Made by a program: the position numbers and the translations under genes
Assembly (NCBI GenBank): GCA_017472305.1
Contig: JAFUQP010000002.1
Coordinates: 2,143-66,142, forward strand
Length of the DNA: 64,000 nucleotides
Source of the DNA: Clostridia bacterium
GTDB taxonomy: Bacteria; Bacillota; Clostridia; Oscillospirales; CAG-272
Direction: 5' to 3'
In this document: positions 8,502 through 17,380 of the stretch, in pieces
Layout: each line of letters starts with the position of its first letter
Position numbering within the stretch: position 1 is the first letter of the stretch
The notes under the pieces: model-generated
Databases searched by the model: none
What the model saw: only the letters and a program-made list of their open reading frames with translations
Told to the model about the DNA's origin: nothing

Positions 8502-10961
8502 ATGCCTAAAAGGCAGAACGGAGATTGTATGGACAAGCTTAAAACTGAAACGCTACAAACAGAGGATACTCTCCCAAAAAAGGAGAGCTTTCCTTCAAGA
8601 CTCGGAAAGCTTCTGCTCGGCAAGGGGCTCGGCTATTCTGTGGGCAGGCGCGCGCTTATATTTGACCTTGCAGTGCTTGCGCTCGGCTTTCTTTTCGCGA
8701 GATGCCACGTGATATTCGGGGCGCACCCCTTGGGAATTGCCCTCGTTTCGGTGCTTACGAAGGGGGTATGGCAGGCAACGCTCGGCGCGCTTATAGGCTC
8801 GTTCTCCCTCGGCAGCGACGGAATAATCTATGCAGTGTCCTCGGCTATAGTCGCGGTGCTGCGAGTGCTCGTAACCTCTAGGGATAAAAACGGTGAGGCA
8901 GGCGTCCCCTTTGCCGAGAGCCTGCTGCTGCGAATGTCGGTTGCCACTCTTGGCGGCTTTGTGTCAGCGGTATACGAGGTGCTGCTTGCGGGGCTCTCGG
9001 GCACGTCGCTTCTCTTTGGCGTGTCGATGATTCTGATACCGCCGGCACTGACGTTCGTATTTTCAGGCATATTCTGCCTCGGAATATCCTTCGAAGAATT
9101 CATTTTCGGCAATTCCAACGTATTTTCTCTACAGGAGAGGGACGAGGGCGAGAGGTACGGGATAATTTTCTTCCAGCTCTCCGCCTGCGTCTTTCTCTTC
9201 TTTGTCACCCTCTCAATGCGGGAGATTGAGCTCTTAGGCATATCAGCCTCGTATATTTTCGTCAGCCTTGTATCGCTCGTCGTATCGAAGCGCTTCGGCC
9301 CGCTTCGCGCGCTTGCCGTCGGCTTTACCGCAACACTCGGGCTATCAGCCTCGCACGCGGTGTCCTTTGCGCTTATGGGTCTTTCCTCGGGAATTCTCTT
9401 TGGCTTTGGAACTGCGGCAGGACTCGTCGGCGGAGGTGCTGCGCTCTCGCTATGGAGCTCCTACTCCGAGGGGCTTCTCGGCTTTCTCTCCACTCTTCCC
9501 GAGTACGCCATTGCCGCAGTGCTCTCTATTCCTCTTGTCAAGAGCATATCTGCCGAGAGGAGTGAGAAGGAGAGCCGCGAGAGCACAAGAGAGGCAGAGG
9601 AGATGGTCGGCTCTTGCGCCCTTGCCTATCGAACGAAGCACTCCCCCTCACTCGATGCGCTCGGAGCTGCGCTCGGGTCGATTGCGTTGCTAATCAGGGA
9701 CGAAACCGAGGAGCGCACCCCTGCCCTTGCCGACTACAGAAGGCTCGTTCACACAGTGCTTACCGAAAGATGCAGGCTTTGCGACGGCGCGCCTCTTTGC
9801 AAAGAGCATAAAATCCCCGAGGAGATAATAGCCGAGGACAGAATCGCGCAAAGGCTGCTTTCGGGCGAGCGGTGCAGAGCCGAGGACGTCAATACCGAAA
9901 CCGCCTTCTGTCAGCACGCAGCTGAGGTTGCGGGAATGATAAACGAGCGCGCGGCAGCCCTTGAGCGTGAAAAATACAAGCGCGATAAATCTGCAAGCTC
10001 TGAGGAGCTGGAGCTTATTTCAAGACTGCTATGCGAGGCACGCGAGCGCGACCGCGAGGAGCTTGTCCTCAACTCCGAGGACACCGAAAAATGCTCGTCG
10101 GCACTTGCGAGGCTCGGGCTCTCGTCGGCAGTTATAAGAGTTTTCGGCGTGGCGCGACGGCATATTATTTTAGCTCTCGAGGACGAGGTCGGCGACAGAA
10201 TTACATCAAGCGAGCTTCACGCAGCCCTAGCCACAGCCCTCGGCGCTCCGCTCAAAGCCCCCGAATATTTCAGACGCGGAAAAATGGCACTTATGGAGTG
10301 TGAGCTCGAGAAAAAATACCGTGTCGAATACTCAACCGCAACCGCGGCAGGAAGGGGAAACAAGGTTTCCGGAGATACCGCGGCGGGATTTGTTTCGGAC
10401 TCGGGACACTTCTATTCCCTGATTTCCGACGGCGAGGGTACGGGCGAGTCGGCGCGTAATACCTCGGTGTTCGTGCTCGATCTTCTACGAAATGTTCTCA
10501 ACCTCGGCATATCGACCGAGTCGGTGCTCTATACTCTCAATATGATGCTCCTGCGAAGGCGCGAGGAATGCTCGGCAACCGTTGACCTCTTTGAATTCGA
10601 CCTTCATACAGGCGAGGCAACGTTTATTAAGAGCGGAGCTGCTCCCTCGTTTGTGAAGCGAGGCGACTCGGTGTTCAGAATACGCTCGAAAACCGCCCCG
10701 ATAGGGCTTATGCAGTCTATAGACACCGAGAAAATCCGCGCCGAAATTCTCCCCGGCGACACGGTTATTATGCTCTCCGACGGAATAGCCTCCTCTCCCG
10801 AGGAAGCGCCCTGGCTTGTCGAGATGCTTGGCAGAAGCGCAAGAAGGTCAACGCGTGACCTGTCCGAGCTGATACTCGCCGAGGCTCGCCGACGCTCGCC
10901 AACCGACGACGATATGACGGTGAGCGTGTTGAGGATTGCAGCCAACGCAAACCTTAATTGA
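8502..10961 (+). CDS. spoIIE: Stage II sporulation protein E (membrane PP2C phosphatase)
   Basis: A polytopic N-terminal half and a C-terminal PP2C-like SGDTAAGF...SDGEGTGE...MLSDGI. An alternative start is ATG 8529 (MDKLK), which follows ACGGAG. Confidence 0.9.
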   Translation: MPKRQNGDCMDKLKTETLQTEDTLPKKESFPSRLGKLLLGKGLGYSVGRRALIFDLAVLALGFLFARCHVIFGAHPLGIALVSVLTKGVWQATLGALIGSFSLGSDGIIYAVSSAIVAVLRVLVTSRDKNGEAGVPFAESLLLRMSVATLGGFVSAVYEVLLAGLSGTSLLFGVSMILIPPALTFVFSGIFCLGISFEEFIFGNSNVFSLQERDEGERYGIIFFQLSACVFLFFVTLSMREIELLGISASYIFVSLVSLVVSKRFGPLRALAVGFTATLGLSASHAVSFALMGLSSGILFGFGTAAGLVGGGAALSLWSSYSEGLLGFLSTLPEYAIAAVLSIPLVKSISAERSEKESRESTREAEEMVGSCALAYRTKHSPSLDALGAALGSIALLIRDETEERTPALADYRRLVHTVLTERCRLCDGAPLCKEHKIPEEIIAEDRIAQRLLSGERCRAEDVNTETAFCQHAAEVAGMINERAAALEREKYKRDKSASSEELELISRLLCEARERDREELVLNSEDTEKCSSALARLGLSSAVIRVFGVARRHIILALEDEVGDRITSSELHAALATALGAPLKAPEYFRRGKMALMECELEKKYRVEYSTATAAGRGNKVSGDTAAGFVSDSGHFYSLISDGEGTGESARNTSVFVLDLLRNVLNLGISTESVLYTLNMMLLRRREECSATVDLFEFDLHTGEATFIKSGAAPSFVKRGDSVFRIRSKTAPIGLMQSIDTEKIRAEILPGDTVIMLSDGIASSPEEAPWLVEMLGRSARRSTRDLSELILAEARRRSPTDDDMTVSVLRIAANANLN

Positions 10962-11056
10962 CAAAGCCCAGAGCATCAATAATTCCCGCTCTTTCCCGAA
11001 AGCTCGCCGACAAGCCTCAATCCTTTCCCAAGATAAAGCAACAATTAAATAATTAC

Positions 11057-11084
11057 GGGAGCCTCTCCGAGCGGAGAGGCTCCC
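11057..11084. terminator. 12-bp GC-rich hairpin between the convergent spoIIE and spoVM genes
   Basis: GGGAGCCTCTCC gagc GGAGAGGCTCCC. T-rich flanks are weak on the + side and AT-rich on the - side. Confidence 0.6.
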
Positions 11085-11113
11085 GCTTTGCGCCTTGAGA
11101 ATATTGTTATTTA

Positions 11114-11194
11114 TTACTTATCCAGACTTACTCCAAAGAGCTTTGCAAGTATTCTTCTTAACGCTCTCGGGGAGCGCACAACAACGATTTTCAT
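11114..11194 (-). CDS. spoVM: Stage V sporulation protein M (26-aa amphipathic peptide)
   Basis: My own translation gives MKIVVVRSPRALRRILAKLFGVSLDK. GGAG sits 8 nt upstream. Compared with Bacillus SpoVM (MKFYTIKLPKFLGGIVRAMLGSFRKD) it has the same length, and P9, L12 and G21 align. It is too short for the ORF track. Confidence 0.6.
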   Translation of the reverse strand: MKIVVVRSPRALRRILAKLFGVSLDK

Positions 11195-11288
11195 ATATGT
11201 TTCTCCGTATTCAGTTAGAAGGGGCTCTTCCCCTCGTTTTCATTATATGTTTTTTTCGCCGACGGGACACAAAACCGAATATGCGTTA

Positions 11289-11317
11289 TTGACTTTTTTT
11301 CCGTTATAATATATAAT
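11289..11317 (+). promoter_or_regulatory. Sigma-A-type promoter upstream of nagA
   Basis: TTGACT, 17 nt, TATAAT. Confidence 0.5.
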
Positions 11318-11407
11318 TAAGTAAGCAAGAGATATTTTTCTCAAATAAAAAAGCACGACAAGGGTATGAAGGCTTTTCGTGCGGGCTTTTGACGAAAGGA
11401 CAAGGCT

Positions 11408-12469
11408 ATGAAGCTTATTAAGAACGTTACGCTCTTCGGTAAAACCGTGGATATTGCCGTAGAGGACGGAAAAATTGTTGAAATAGGAAAAATCGAAGGC
11501 GAGGGATTGGATTTCGGCGGCGCGAAAATTTACCCCGGACTTATCGATATACACAGCCACGGCTGTATCGGATACGACTCCTCGGTAGCTACCCCCGAGG
11601 AAATCTACACTATGGCAGACTGGCAGCTCGCCCACGGAATTACCACCTGGTATCCGACTACTATGACGGTTGCCGCCGAGGACCTCGTTCGGGCTATGAA
11701 CATAGAGCTTGACGTCGGACACGGCGCGACAATGCCCGGCTTCCATATGGAAGGTCCGTTCATTAACAAGAAATACAAGGGCGCACAGAACGAGAGCTTC
11801 GTTATCCCCCCCTCTCTTGAGCTTGTTGAGAGGTGCAAGAACGTAAAGCTCGTTACCGTCGCTCCCGAAATTGAGGGTGCGATTGAATTTATCGAAAACT
11901 GCCCCGCGGTGGTTGCAATAGGTCACACCGACTGCGATTACGATACCGCAGTGCGCGCCTTTCGAGCAGGAGCGAAATCCATAACCCACACCTTCAACTG
12001 TATGCCCGGCATACATCACAGAGCCCCCGGCCCTATCCCCGCAGGCGCAGAGGAGGGTGCGTACGCGCAGCTTATTTGCGACGGAATTCACATTCACCCC
12101 TCGGTAGTCAGAGCGCTCTACAAGCTCTACGGCGCTGACAGAATAGTGCTTATCAGCGACTCCATTCACGCAACCGCGGTTGGCGACGGAGAATACGTGT
12201 TCGGCGGCCTGCCCGTCGTTGTAAAGGACGGAATCTGCCGTACTATGGGCGGCAATCTCTCGGGCTCGACGACAAACCTCTTTGACTGCGTCAAGAAGGC
12301 TATCTCCTTCGGTATTCCCGAGTGGGATGCCGTGAAAATGGCAACCGAAACCCCTGCCGCTCTTATGGGACTTAATAAGGGTAAAATCGAGGTCGGATAC
12401 GACGCCGACTTTATCATAGTTGACGAAGACTTTAACCTTATCAAGGCTATAGCGAGAGGCGAGCTTTAA
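11408..12469 (+). CDS. nagA: N-acetylglucosamine-6-phosphate deacetylase
   Basis: GLIDIHSHG, GFHMEGPFIN and HTFNCM motifs of the NagA amidohydrolase family. Confidence 0.85.
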   Translation: MKLIKNVTLFGKTVDIAVEDGKIVEIGKIEGEGLDFGGAKIYPGLIDIHSHGCIGYDSSVATPEEIYTMADWQLAHGITTWYPTTMTVAAEDLVRAMNIELDVGHGATMPGFHMEGPFINKKYKGAQNESFVIPPSLELVERCKNVKLVTVAPEIEGAIEFIENCPAVVAIGHTDCDYDTAVRAFRAGAKSITHTFNCMPGIHHRAPGPIPAGAEEGAYAQLICDGIHIHPSVVRALYKLYGADRIVLISDSIHATAVGDGEYVFGGLPVVVKDGICRTMGGNLSGSTTNLFDCVKKAISFGIPEWDAVKMATETPAALMGLNKGKIEVGYDADFIIVDEDFNLIKAIARGEL

Positions 12470-13203
12470 TGGAAAATCAGCACGAAAGAACCGAGATGAT
12501 GCTCGGGCGCGAGGGTCTTTCAAGGCTGCGCGCCTCTCGGGTTGCGGTGTTCGGCATCGGAGGGGTCGGCGGGTATGCTGTAGAGGCTCTTTGCCGTGCG
12601 GGTGTCGGTAGGCTCGACCTTATCGACTCCGACAGGGTGTCACTCACAAACATCAACAGGCAGATAATCGCCACCCACAAAACCGTCGGTATGTATAAAA
12701 CCGATGCAATGAGGGATAGAATTGCCGAAATCAACCCCGAGGCGCAGGTTACAACCTATCCCGTATTCTACTCGAGAGAAAACCGCGGGGACTTCGACCT
12801 TACGGCATACGACTATATAATCGACGCTATCGACTCGGTTGACTCGAAGGTTGAGCTAATCGCCGAGGCAACGCGGCTCGGCGTGCCGATTATATCGGCA
12901 ATGGGCGCAGGCGGCAAGCTTGACCCGACGGCGTTCAGAGTAGCCGACATTTCCAAGACGGCAGTCTGTCCGCTTGCAAAGGCGGTAAGAGTGCGCCTGC
13001 GCAAAATGGGCATAAATCACCTTCGCGTGGTATACTCCGAGGAGCTTCCCTGCCCTCGCCCATCAGACGCCCCCGTCAGAGAGAGCATTGATGTGGAAAA
13101 CCCCGCGGAAAAGCGCAACCCACCGCCAAGCATATCCTTCGTCCCCTCGGTTATGGGGCTTATCCTCGCAGGCGAGGTTATTAAGGAGCTGGCAAAAAAT
13201 TAA
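12469..13203 (+). CDS. tcdA: tRNA threonylcarbamoyladenosine dehydratase (ThiF/E1-like)
   Basis: VAVFGIGGVGGYAVEALCRAGVGRLDLIDSDRVSLTNINRQ. The start overlaps the nagA stop (TAATG). Confidence 0.8.
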   Translation: MENQHERTEMMLGREGLSRLRASRVAVFGIGGVGGYAVEALCRAGVGRLDLIDSDRVSLTNINRQIIATHKTVGMYKTDAMRDRIAEINPEAQVTTYPVFYSRENRGDFDLTAYDYIIDAIDSVDSKVELIAEATRLGVPIISAMGAGGKLDPTAFRVADISKTAVCPLAKAVRVRLRKMGINHLRVVYSEELPCPRPSDAPVRESIDVENPAEKRNPPPSISFVPSVMGLILAGEVIKELAKN

Positions 13204-13219
13204 TAAACCCGAATGAAAA

Positions 13220-13264
13220 AGAGCGGAGATGATATCAAAATGGCATCTTCGCTCTGAATTTTTG
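13220..13264 (+). terminator. Intrinsic terminator after tcdA
   Basis: AGAGCGGAGATG...CATCTTCGCTCT followed by GAATTTTTG. Confidence 0.7.
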
Positions 13265-13331
13265 TGCGTTTAAGCGGGGAGAAAACAAGCAACACGCGTT
13301 TTAGTGCTGAAATTCCGCAACCTCTTCCCCT

Positions 13332-14132
13332 TTATCCTCTTTTTCTGTACTCGCTCGGACTGCAACCGACGCGGCGCTTGAAAAGCTTCGAAAAATAGCT
13401 GTAATTCTCCATTCCGACCGCAGAGGAAATCTCGGCAGCCGATTTCTCGGTTGTGGCAAGCAGCCGCTTTGCAAGGCTTATTCGCTTCGAGGTTACGTAT
13501 TCACCAACGGTGGTGGAAAAATAGCTGTGAAAGCCCTCGTAAAGTCGGTTCTTCGATACGAAAAGCGCAGCGGAAAGCCCCTCAACGGTCAGTCGCTCCG
13601 AAATATGAGCGTCGATATAGGCGACCGCCTTCTCAACGAACTCGCCGTAATCTATCTCAATAGCGTTCTCAAAGAGAAGGTGCGACAAAAGATTAATCAA
13701 GCTGCCGAGCTGCTTTTCGGATAAATACGAGAGCCTCGAGTAGCGCTCGCGCCAAAGCATTGGCGACTCAGAAAAGGGCGGCTTATCGACAGAAAGCTCG
13801 CAGTCGGGGCGCAGTCTGCCGATTATCACGTAGCCGACGGGACTGCCGTTTTTAAGTATCGGCACGACGGTGTCGCGCAGCCCCGCGTGGCAGATGTGCG
13901 TGTGCGGCTTGCCCGTGCTCTTACACTCGAGAAGCATCTTTTCGTCTGATGCGGCGCAGTTGAGGCGACACTCTCTGACACCCTGAAGGCAGTCGCAGAA
14001 ATCGTCGTCCGCGCGCCCTCTCATATATAAAAAGTTAAACTCCGAGTCGAGAATTGCGAGTGCCAGCCCCGTAACCTCACCAAGCTCGTCTATTATTTCC
14101 TTCAGCTTCTCTACGTTATATCTGATATTCAC
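13332..14132 (-). CDS. AraC-family regulator with an N-terminal PocR sensory domain
   Basis: A PocR-like FCDCLQGVRECRLNCAASD...ICHAGLRDTVVPI and a C-terminal AraC HTH (AAEISSAVGMENYSYFSKLFKRRVGCSPSEYR). It uses a GTG start. Confidence 0.8.
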   Translation of the reverse strand: MNIRYNVEKLKEIIDELGEVTGLALAILDSEFNFLYMRGRADDDFCDCLQGVRECRLNCAASDEKMLLECKSTGKPHTHICHAGLRDTVVPILKNGSPVGYVIIGRLRPDCELSVDKPPFSESPMLWRERYSRLSYLSEKQLGSLINLLSHLLFENAIEIDYGEFVEKAVAYIDAHISERLTVEGLSAALFVSKNRLYEGFHSYFSTTVGEYVTSKRISLAKRLLATTEKSAAEISSAVGMENYSYFSKLFKRRVGCSPSEYRKRG

Positions 14133-14263
14133 GGCATTACCTCGCCTCTGTTAGTTGCCCCGTATATAAAACATTCGCTTTACGGTCGGGGATTATTCCT
14201 TTGAATACATCTTACTACAAAGAGCGATTTTTGTCAATCGGTTTTGGGTTTTTTCCCATTTTG

Positions 14264-14293
14264 GGAAGATAAGACAACTTTAGAGGAAGATAA
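14264..14293 (+). promoter_or_regulatory. Direct repeat GGAAGATAA x2 with 21-bp spacing, abutting the -35; a candidate AraC-type activator site
   Basis: GGAAGATAA occurs at 14264-14272 and 14285-14293, which is two helical turns apart. Confidence 0.45.
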
Positions 14294-14298
14294 TTGTA

Positions 14299-14327
14299 TT
14301 GTCTTTTTACTTGCCGAGAGTTATAAT
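14299..14327 (+). promoter_or_regulatory. Promoter for the permease / 620-aa gene pair
   Basis: TTGTCT, 17 nt, TATAAT. Confidence 0.5.
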
Positions 14328-14405
14328 ATAACCGAAAAGGAGAAGCCGCAAAGCATAACTCGGCACTGACAGTGCTTTAATGGTATGCACCGCGGAGCTT
14401 GTGAT

Positions 14406-15266
14406 ATGGATTTACTTAGCTCACTGTTTATTGTAATTATAACCGTTGCAATGTCGGCGCAGAACGTAATCAAGAAGGGCTACAACAAAAGGAGCGAGGG
14501 CAAGGGCGTCTTTACCTTCAGCGGGGTAACCGTGCTGACAGCCTGCATCTTTTTCGTTGTGAAAAGCGGTTTTTACCTTCCCTTCGGCTTTGAGATGCTT
14601 CCGTTCGCTATAGGATTTGCGGTTTGCTATTTCTGCGCGTCGGTCTTTAACTTTCTGGCAATACAGGCAGGGCCGCTCTCGCTTACCTCGCTTGCAGTTT
14701 CCTACTCTCTGATTATTCCCACGCTTTACGGACTTATCTTTGACGGCGACGAGGCGGGAATATGGCTGTTTGTCGGACTTGGACTGCTCCTTGTAAGCCT
14801 CGTGCTTATAAACGCGAAGAAGGGCGACACGAAAATAACCCTCAAATGGGCGGTGTACGCGGTGCTGGCACTTGTCGGCAACGGCCTCTGCTCAACCCTT
14901 CAGCCGCTGCAATCGAGGATATTTGGTGGCGAGTACGACAGCACCTTTATGGTTGTCGCGTTGCTTTCGGTATTTCTTGGGCTAGCGGCATTCGCCTATT
15001 TCCACGAAAGAGAAGAAATTCTTCCCTCGCTTAAGTGCGGCGCACACCTTATGGTGCTGTGCGGTATAGCGAACGGACTTGTCAACCTTCTCGTTATGGT
15101 GGTATCAAAGACTGTCGATAACTCGGTTATGTTCCCAATAATCTCGGCAGGCGGAATTGTCGTCACCTGGATTGTATCGACCTTCTTCTATAAGGAAAAG
15201 CTCACCTTAAAGCAGAACGTCGGTATGGTTCTCGGAGTGCTTGCGATAGTATTTTTGAACATATAA
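14406..15266 (+). CDS. Polytopic membrane protein, probably a DMT-like permease
   Basis: About 10 hydrophobic segments. ATG 14406 follows GGAG. The family is not firmly recognised. Confidence 0.55.
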   Translation: MDLLSSLFIVIITVAMSAQNVIKKGYNKRSEGKGVFTFSGVTVLTACIFFVVKSGFYLPFGFEMLPFAIGFAVCYFCASVFNFLAIQAGPLSLTSLAVSYSLIIPTLYGLIFDGDEAGIWLFVGLGLLLVSLVLINAKKGDTKITLKWAVYAVLALVGNGLCSTLQPLQSRIFGGEYDSTFMVVALLSVFLGLAAFAYFHEREEILPSLKCGAHLMVLCGIANGLVNLLVMVVSKTVDNSVMFPIISAGGIVVTWIVSTFFYKEKLTLKQNVGMVLGVLAIVFLNI

Positions 15267-15312
15267 AGTAAACTTTTATTTACATATTTACAGAAAACAA
15301 AGGAGTCAACCT

Positions 15313-17175
15313 ATGAATTACGTGCATTGGCAAAGACCGAAAACAACGAGAAGATATATTCACCCACCGATGTCACAGCGTATGTATACTCTTTGGCGCG
15401 AGGGCAAATTCATATTTGGCGAGGCAGAAAAGGCGGTGCGTGACGAATACCTCGACCTTGTCAGCGCAGGGCTTACCTTCCTTCGGGGAGAGGCTTCTGA
15501 GCTCTTCGACTTCAAGTCGGCGAAGATTTTCCACCGCGAGGACGGTATTCCCGTTCACGGGCTCGGCTTCAAGCTCGGCGCGCTTGATTTTACAGTTGAG
15601 GCTTGCGCCCCCTTCGGGCTCACCCCCGCCTGCTTTATCAAGGCAACGCTCAAAAACAGTACCAAAGAAGAGGCAACCGAAGCTCTCGGATTTATGGTCA
15701 GAACAGGCCGCGAGTCGGCTCTCGTTATAGAGTCGCCCGACGTCTATGCAAGCTACGCGCCCGACCTCTCCGTATGGGAGCGTGTCAAGGCGACCTGGGC
15801 AGAAAAGGACGGAGTACTCACCGACGGCGAGAGATTTATAACCATCTCGGGTGACTTCGGCTTCGTGTTCGATAAGGAGCGCGGTATAGGCAAGTCAAGG
15901 GTGACACTCGCTGCGGGCGAGGAAAAGACCGTATATCTCGCCTTCGACTGCGGAAAACCCACCGCCCCCGACTACGAGGCGGCGCGCGCCGAGTGCATAA
16001 AGAGCTGGCAACGTGAGCTTCAGAGAATTAACAAGCTCCCCGAGGGACTTAAGGCGCAGCCAAGACACGAAACGACAGTAAGGCAGCTCACAGTTCAGCT
16101 GCTTCAGTGCTTCTGCCGTCCGAAGGGCTGCGACTTTGTGCTTGCAAGGCAGGGAGGACTCCAAAGGCAGGTATGGACCTATGAAACTATGCCCGTGCTC
16201 GAGGCGCTCTCCCGCATTGGCGATTTCGACGACTATATCGAGCCTATAATAGACGTATACTTCAACGAATTTGCAACCGAGTCGGGCGAGATTGTACCCC
16301 TCGCAATTCCGTGGGCAATGGCTACGGGCAACGTGCTCCAGAGCTTTGGCAGATACGCAGTACAGAGAGGCGACAAGGACTTCTTCAATAAGTACCGCGA
16401 CAAGGCGTATGCCGCCTTCAAGTGGATGAAGGAGCTTCGCGCCTCGGTTAAGGCAGAGGAAACCGTTGTACCCGGGCTCTTCCCGCCCCTTCGCAGCTGT
16501 GACGACGAGCTCGTATTCCAGGCTTGGTGCTCCACCGATACCTTCAATATCAAGGGTATCACCGCCTTTGCCGAGGCTTGCCACCACTTCGGTGACGAGG
16601 CTTACGGAGAGGTTTATGCCGAGTGCGAGGACTACAGAGCAACAATTCAGAGGCTCTGGGACAGCTTCAAGGCGGCACAAACCGAGGGCGACCTCAAAAT
16701 ACCCTTCTCCCCCGGTGTGCCCGACGAGGTAATAATGAAAACCTACCACTTCGCATATCCCGTCTCTTATTTCGTTGAGGGAATGGACCTTCCTATAGAC
16801 GAGGGCGAGAGAGTATTTGAAACCTACAAGAGGCTCGGTATGATACGCGGCGACGGAGTGCTCTGTGACAGAATGCCCGATAAGGCGTCGGATATAAAGG
16901 AAAGCGGCTCAACCCGCTTCAACCTTGACGAGAACGGCAGGTGCGTCGTGTGGTACGTCTGCTGCCACGAGTATTCGTGGTTCCAGTACTATATGCGCCA
17001 CGGCAGGCTCGATATGTGCGAAAGGCTTCTTCGCGGCGTATACGATTACTCAATGACCGACGAATACTATATGCTGGAGCGCTACAACGAGCGCGACCCC
17101 TATTTTGTCCCCTGGAGTCCCAACGCCTCTGCCAACGGCAGAACAATCTGTATGCTGCTTGATTTTTACAAATAA
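15313..17175 (+). CDS. Hypothetical cytoplasmic protein, 620 aa; function not recognised (possibly an alpha/alpha-barrel glycosidase-like fold)
   Basis: A long ORF with an AAAGGAG RBS and no signal peptide. I recognise no diagnostic motif. Confidence 0.7.
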   Translation: MNYVHWQRPKTTRRYIHPPMSQRMYTLWREGKFIFGEAEKAVRDEYLDLVSAGLTFLRGEASELFDFKSAKIFHREDGIPVHGLGFKLGALDFTVEACAPFGLTPACFIKATLKNSTKEEATEALGFMVRTGRESALVIESPDVYASYAPDLSVWERVKATWAEKDGVLTDGERFITISGDFGFVFDKERGIGKSRVTLAAGEEKTVYLAFDCGKPTAPDYEAARAECIKSWQRELQRINKLPEGLKAQPRHETTVRQLTVQLLQCFCRPKGCDFVLARQGGLQRQVWTYETMPVLEALSRIGDFDDYIEPIIDVYFNEFATESGEIVPLAIPWAMATGNVLQSFGRYAVQRGDKDFFNKYRDKAYAAFKWMKELRASVKAEETVVPGLFPPLRSCDDELVFQAWCSTDTFNIKGITAFAEACHHFGDEAYGEVYAECEDYRATIQRLWDSFKAAQTEGDLKIPFSPGVPDEVIMKTYHFAYPVSYFVEGMDLPIDEGERVFETYKRLGMIRGDGVLCDRMPDKASDIKESGSTRFNLDENGRCVVWYVCCHEYSWFQYYMRHGRLDMCERLLRGVYDYSMTDEYYMLERYNERDPYFVPWSPNASANGRTICMLLDFYK

Positions 17176-17213
17176 GGCGAAAAACGCAAAACCAAATAAA
17201 AATAGCCCTTTGG

Positions 17214-17247
17214 CAAAAAAGAGCCTCACATTCAAGTGAGGCTCTTT
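17214..17247. terminator. Bidirectional terminator between convergent genes
   Basis: AAAAAAA GAGCCTCAC attcaa GTGAGGCTC TTT. Confidence 0.8.
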
Positions 17248-17380
17248 GTATATTTGTTCAAAATTTTATGCCAAAAATCGACAGCCATTATTTGCGAGAG
17301 AAGATTTAGGACAGAACACGAGTTTACAGCCCGAAGGCGTACGAGTGTACGCCGAGCTTGGGTGGAAACGCGCGTTATGT

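Noticed and set aside
11340-11407. The hairpin GCACGA...TCGTGC followed by GGGCTTTT in the nagA leader
   Set aside because: It could be an attenuator, but the stem is short (6 bp) with a 19-nt loop and a weak U-tract, and no alternative structure is evident.
11243-12523. A 426-aa ORF on the - strand covering nagA
   Set aside because: It lies antisense to a gene with clear NagA motifs. Its translation is low-complexity with no recognisable motif, no RBS and no plausible promoter. It is a shadow ORF typical of GC-rich third positions.
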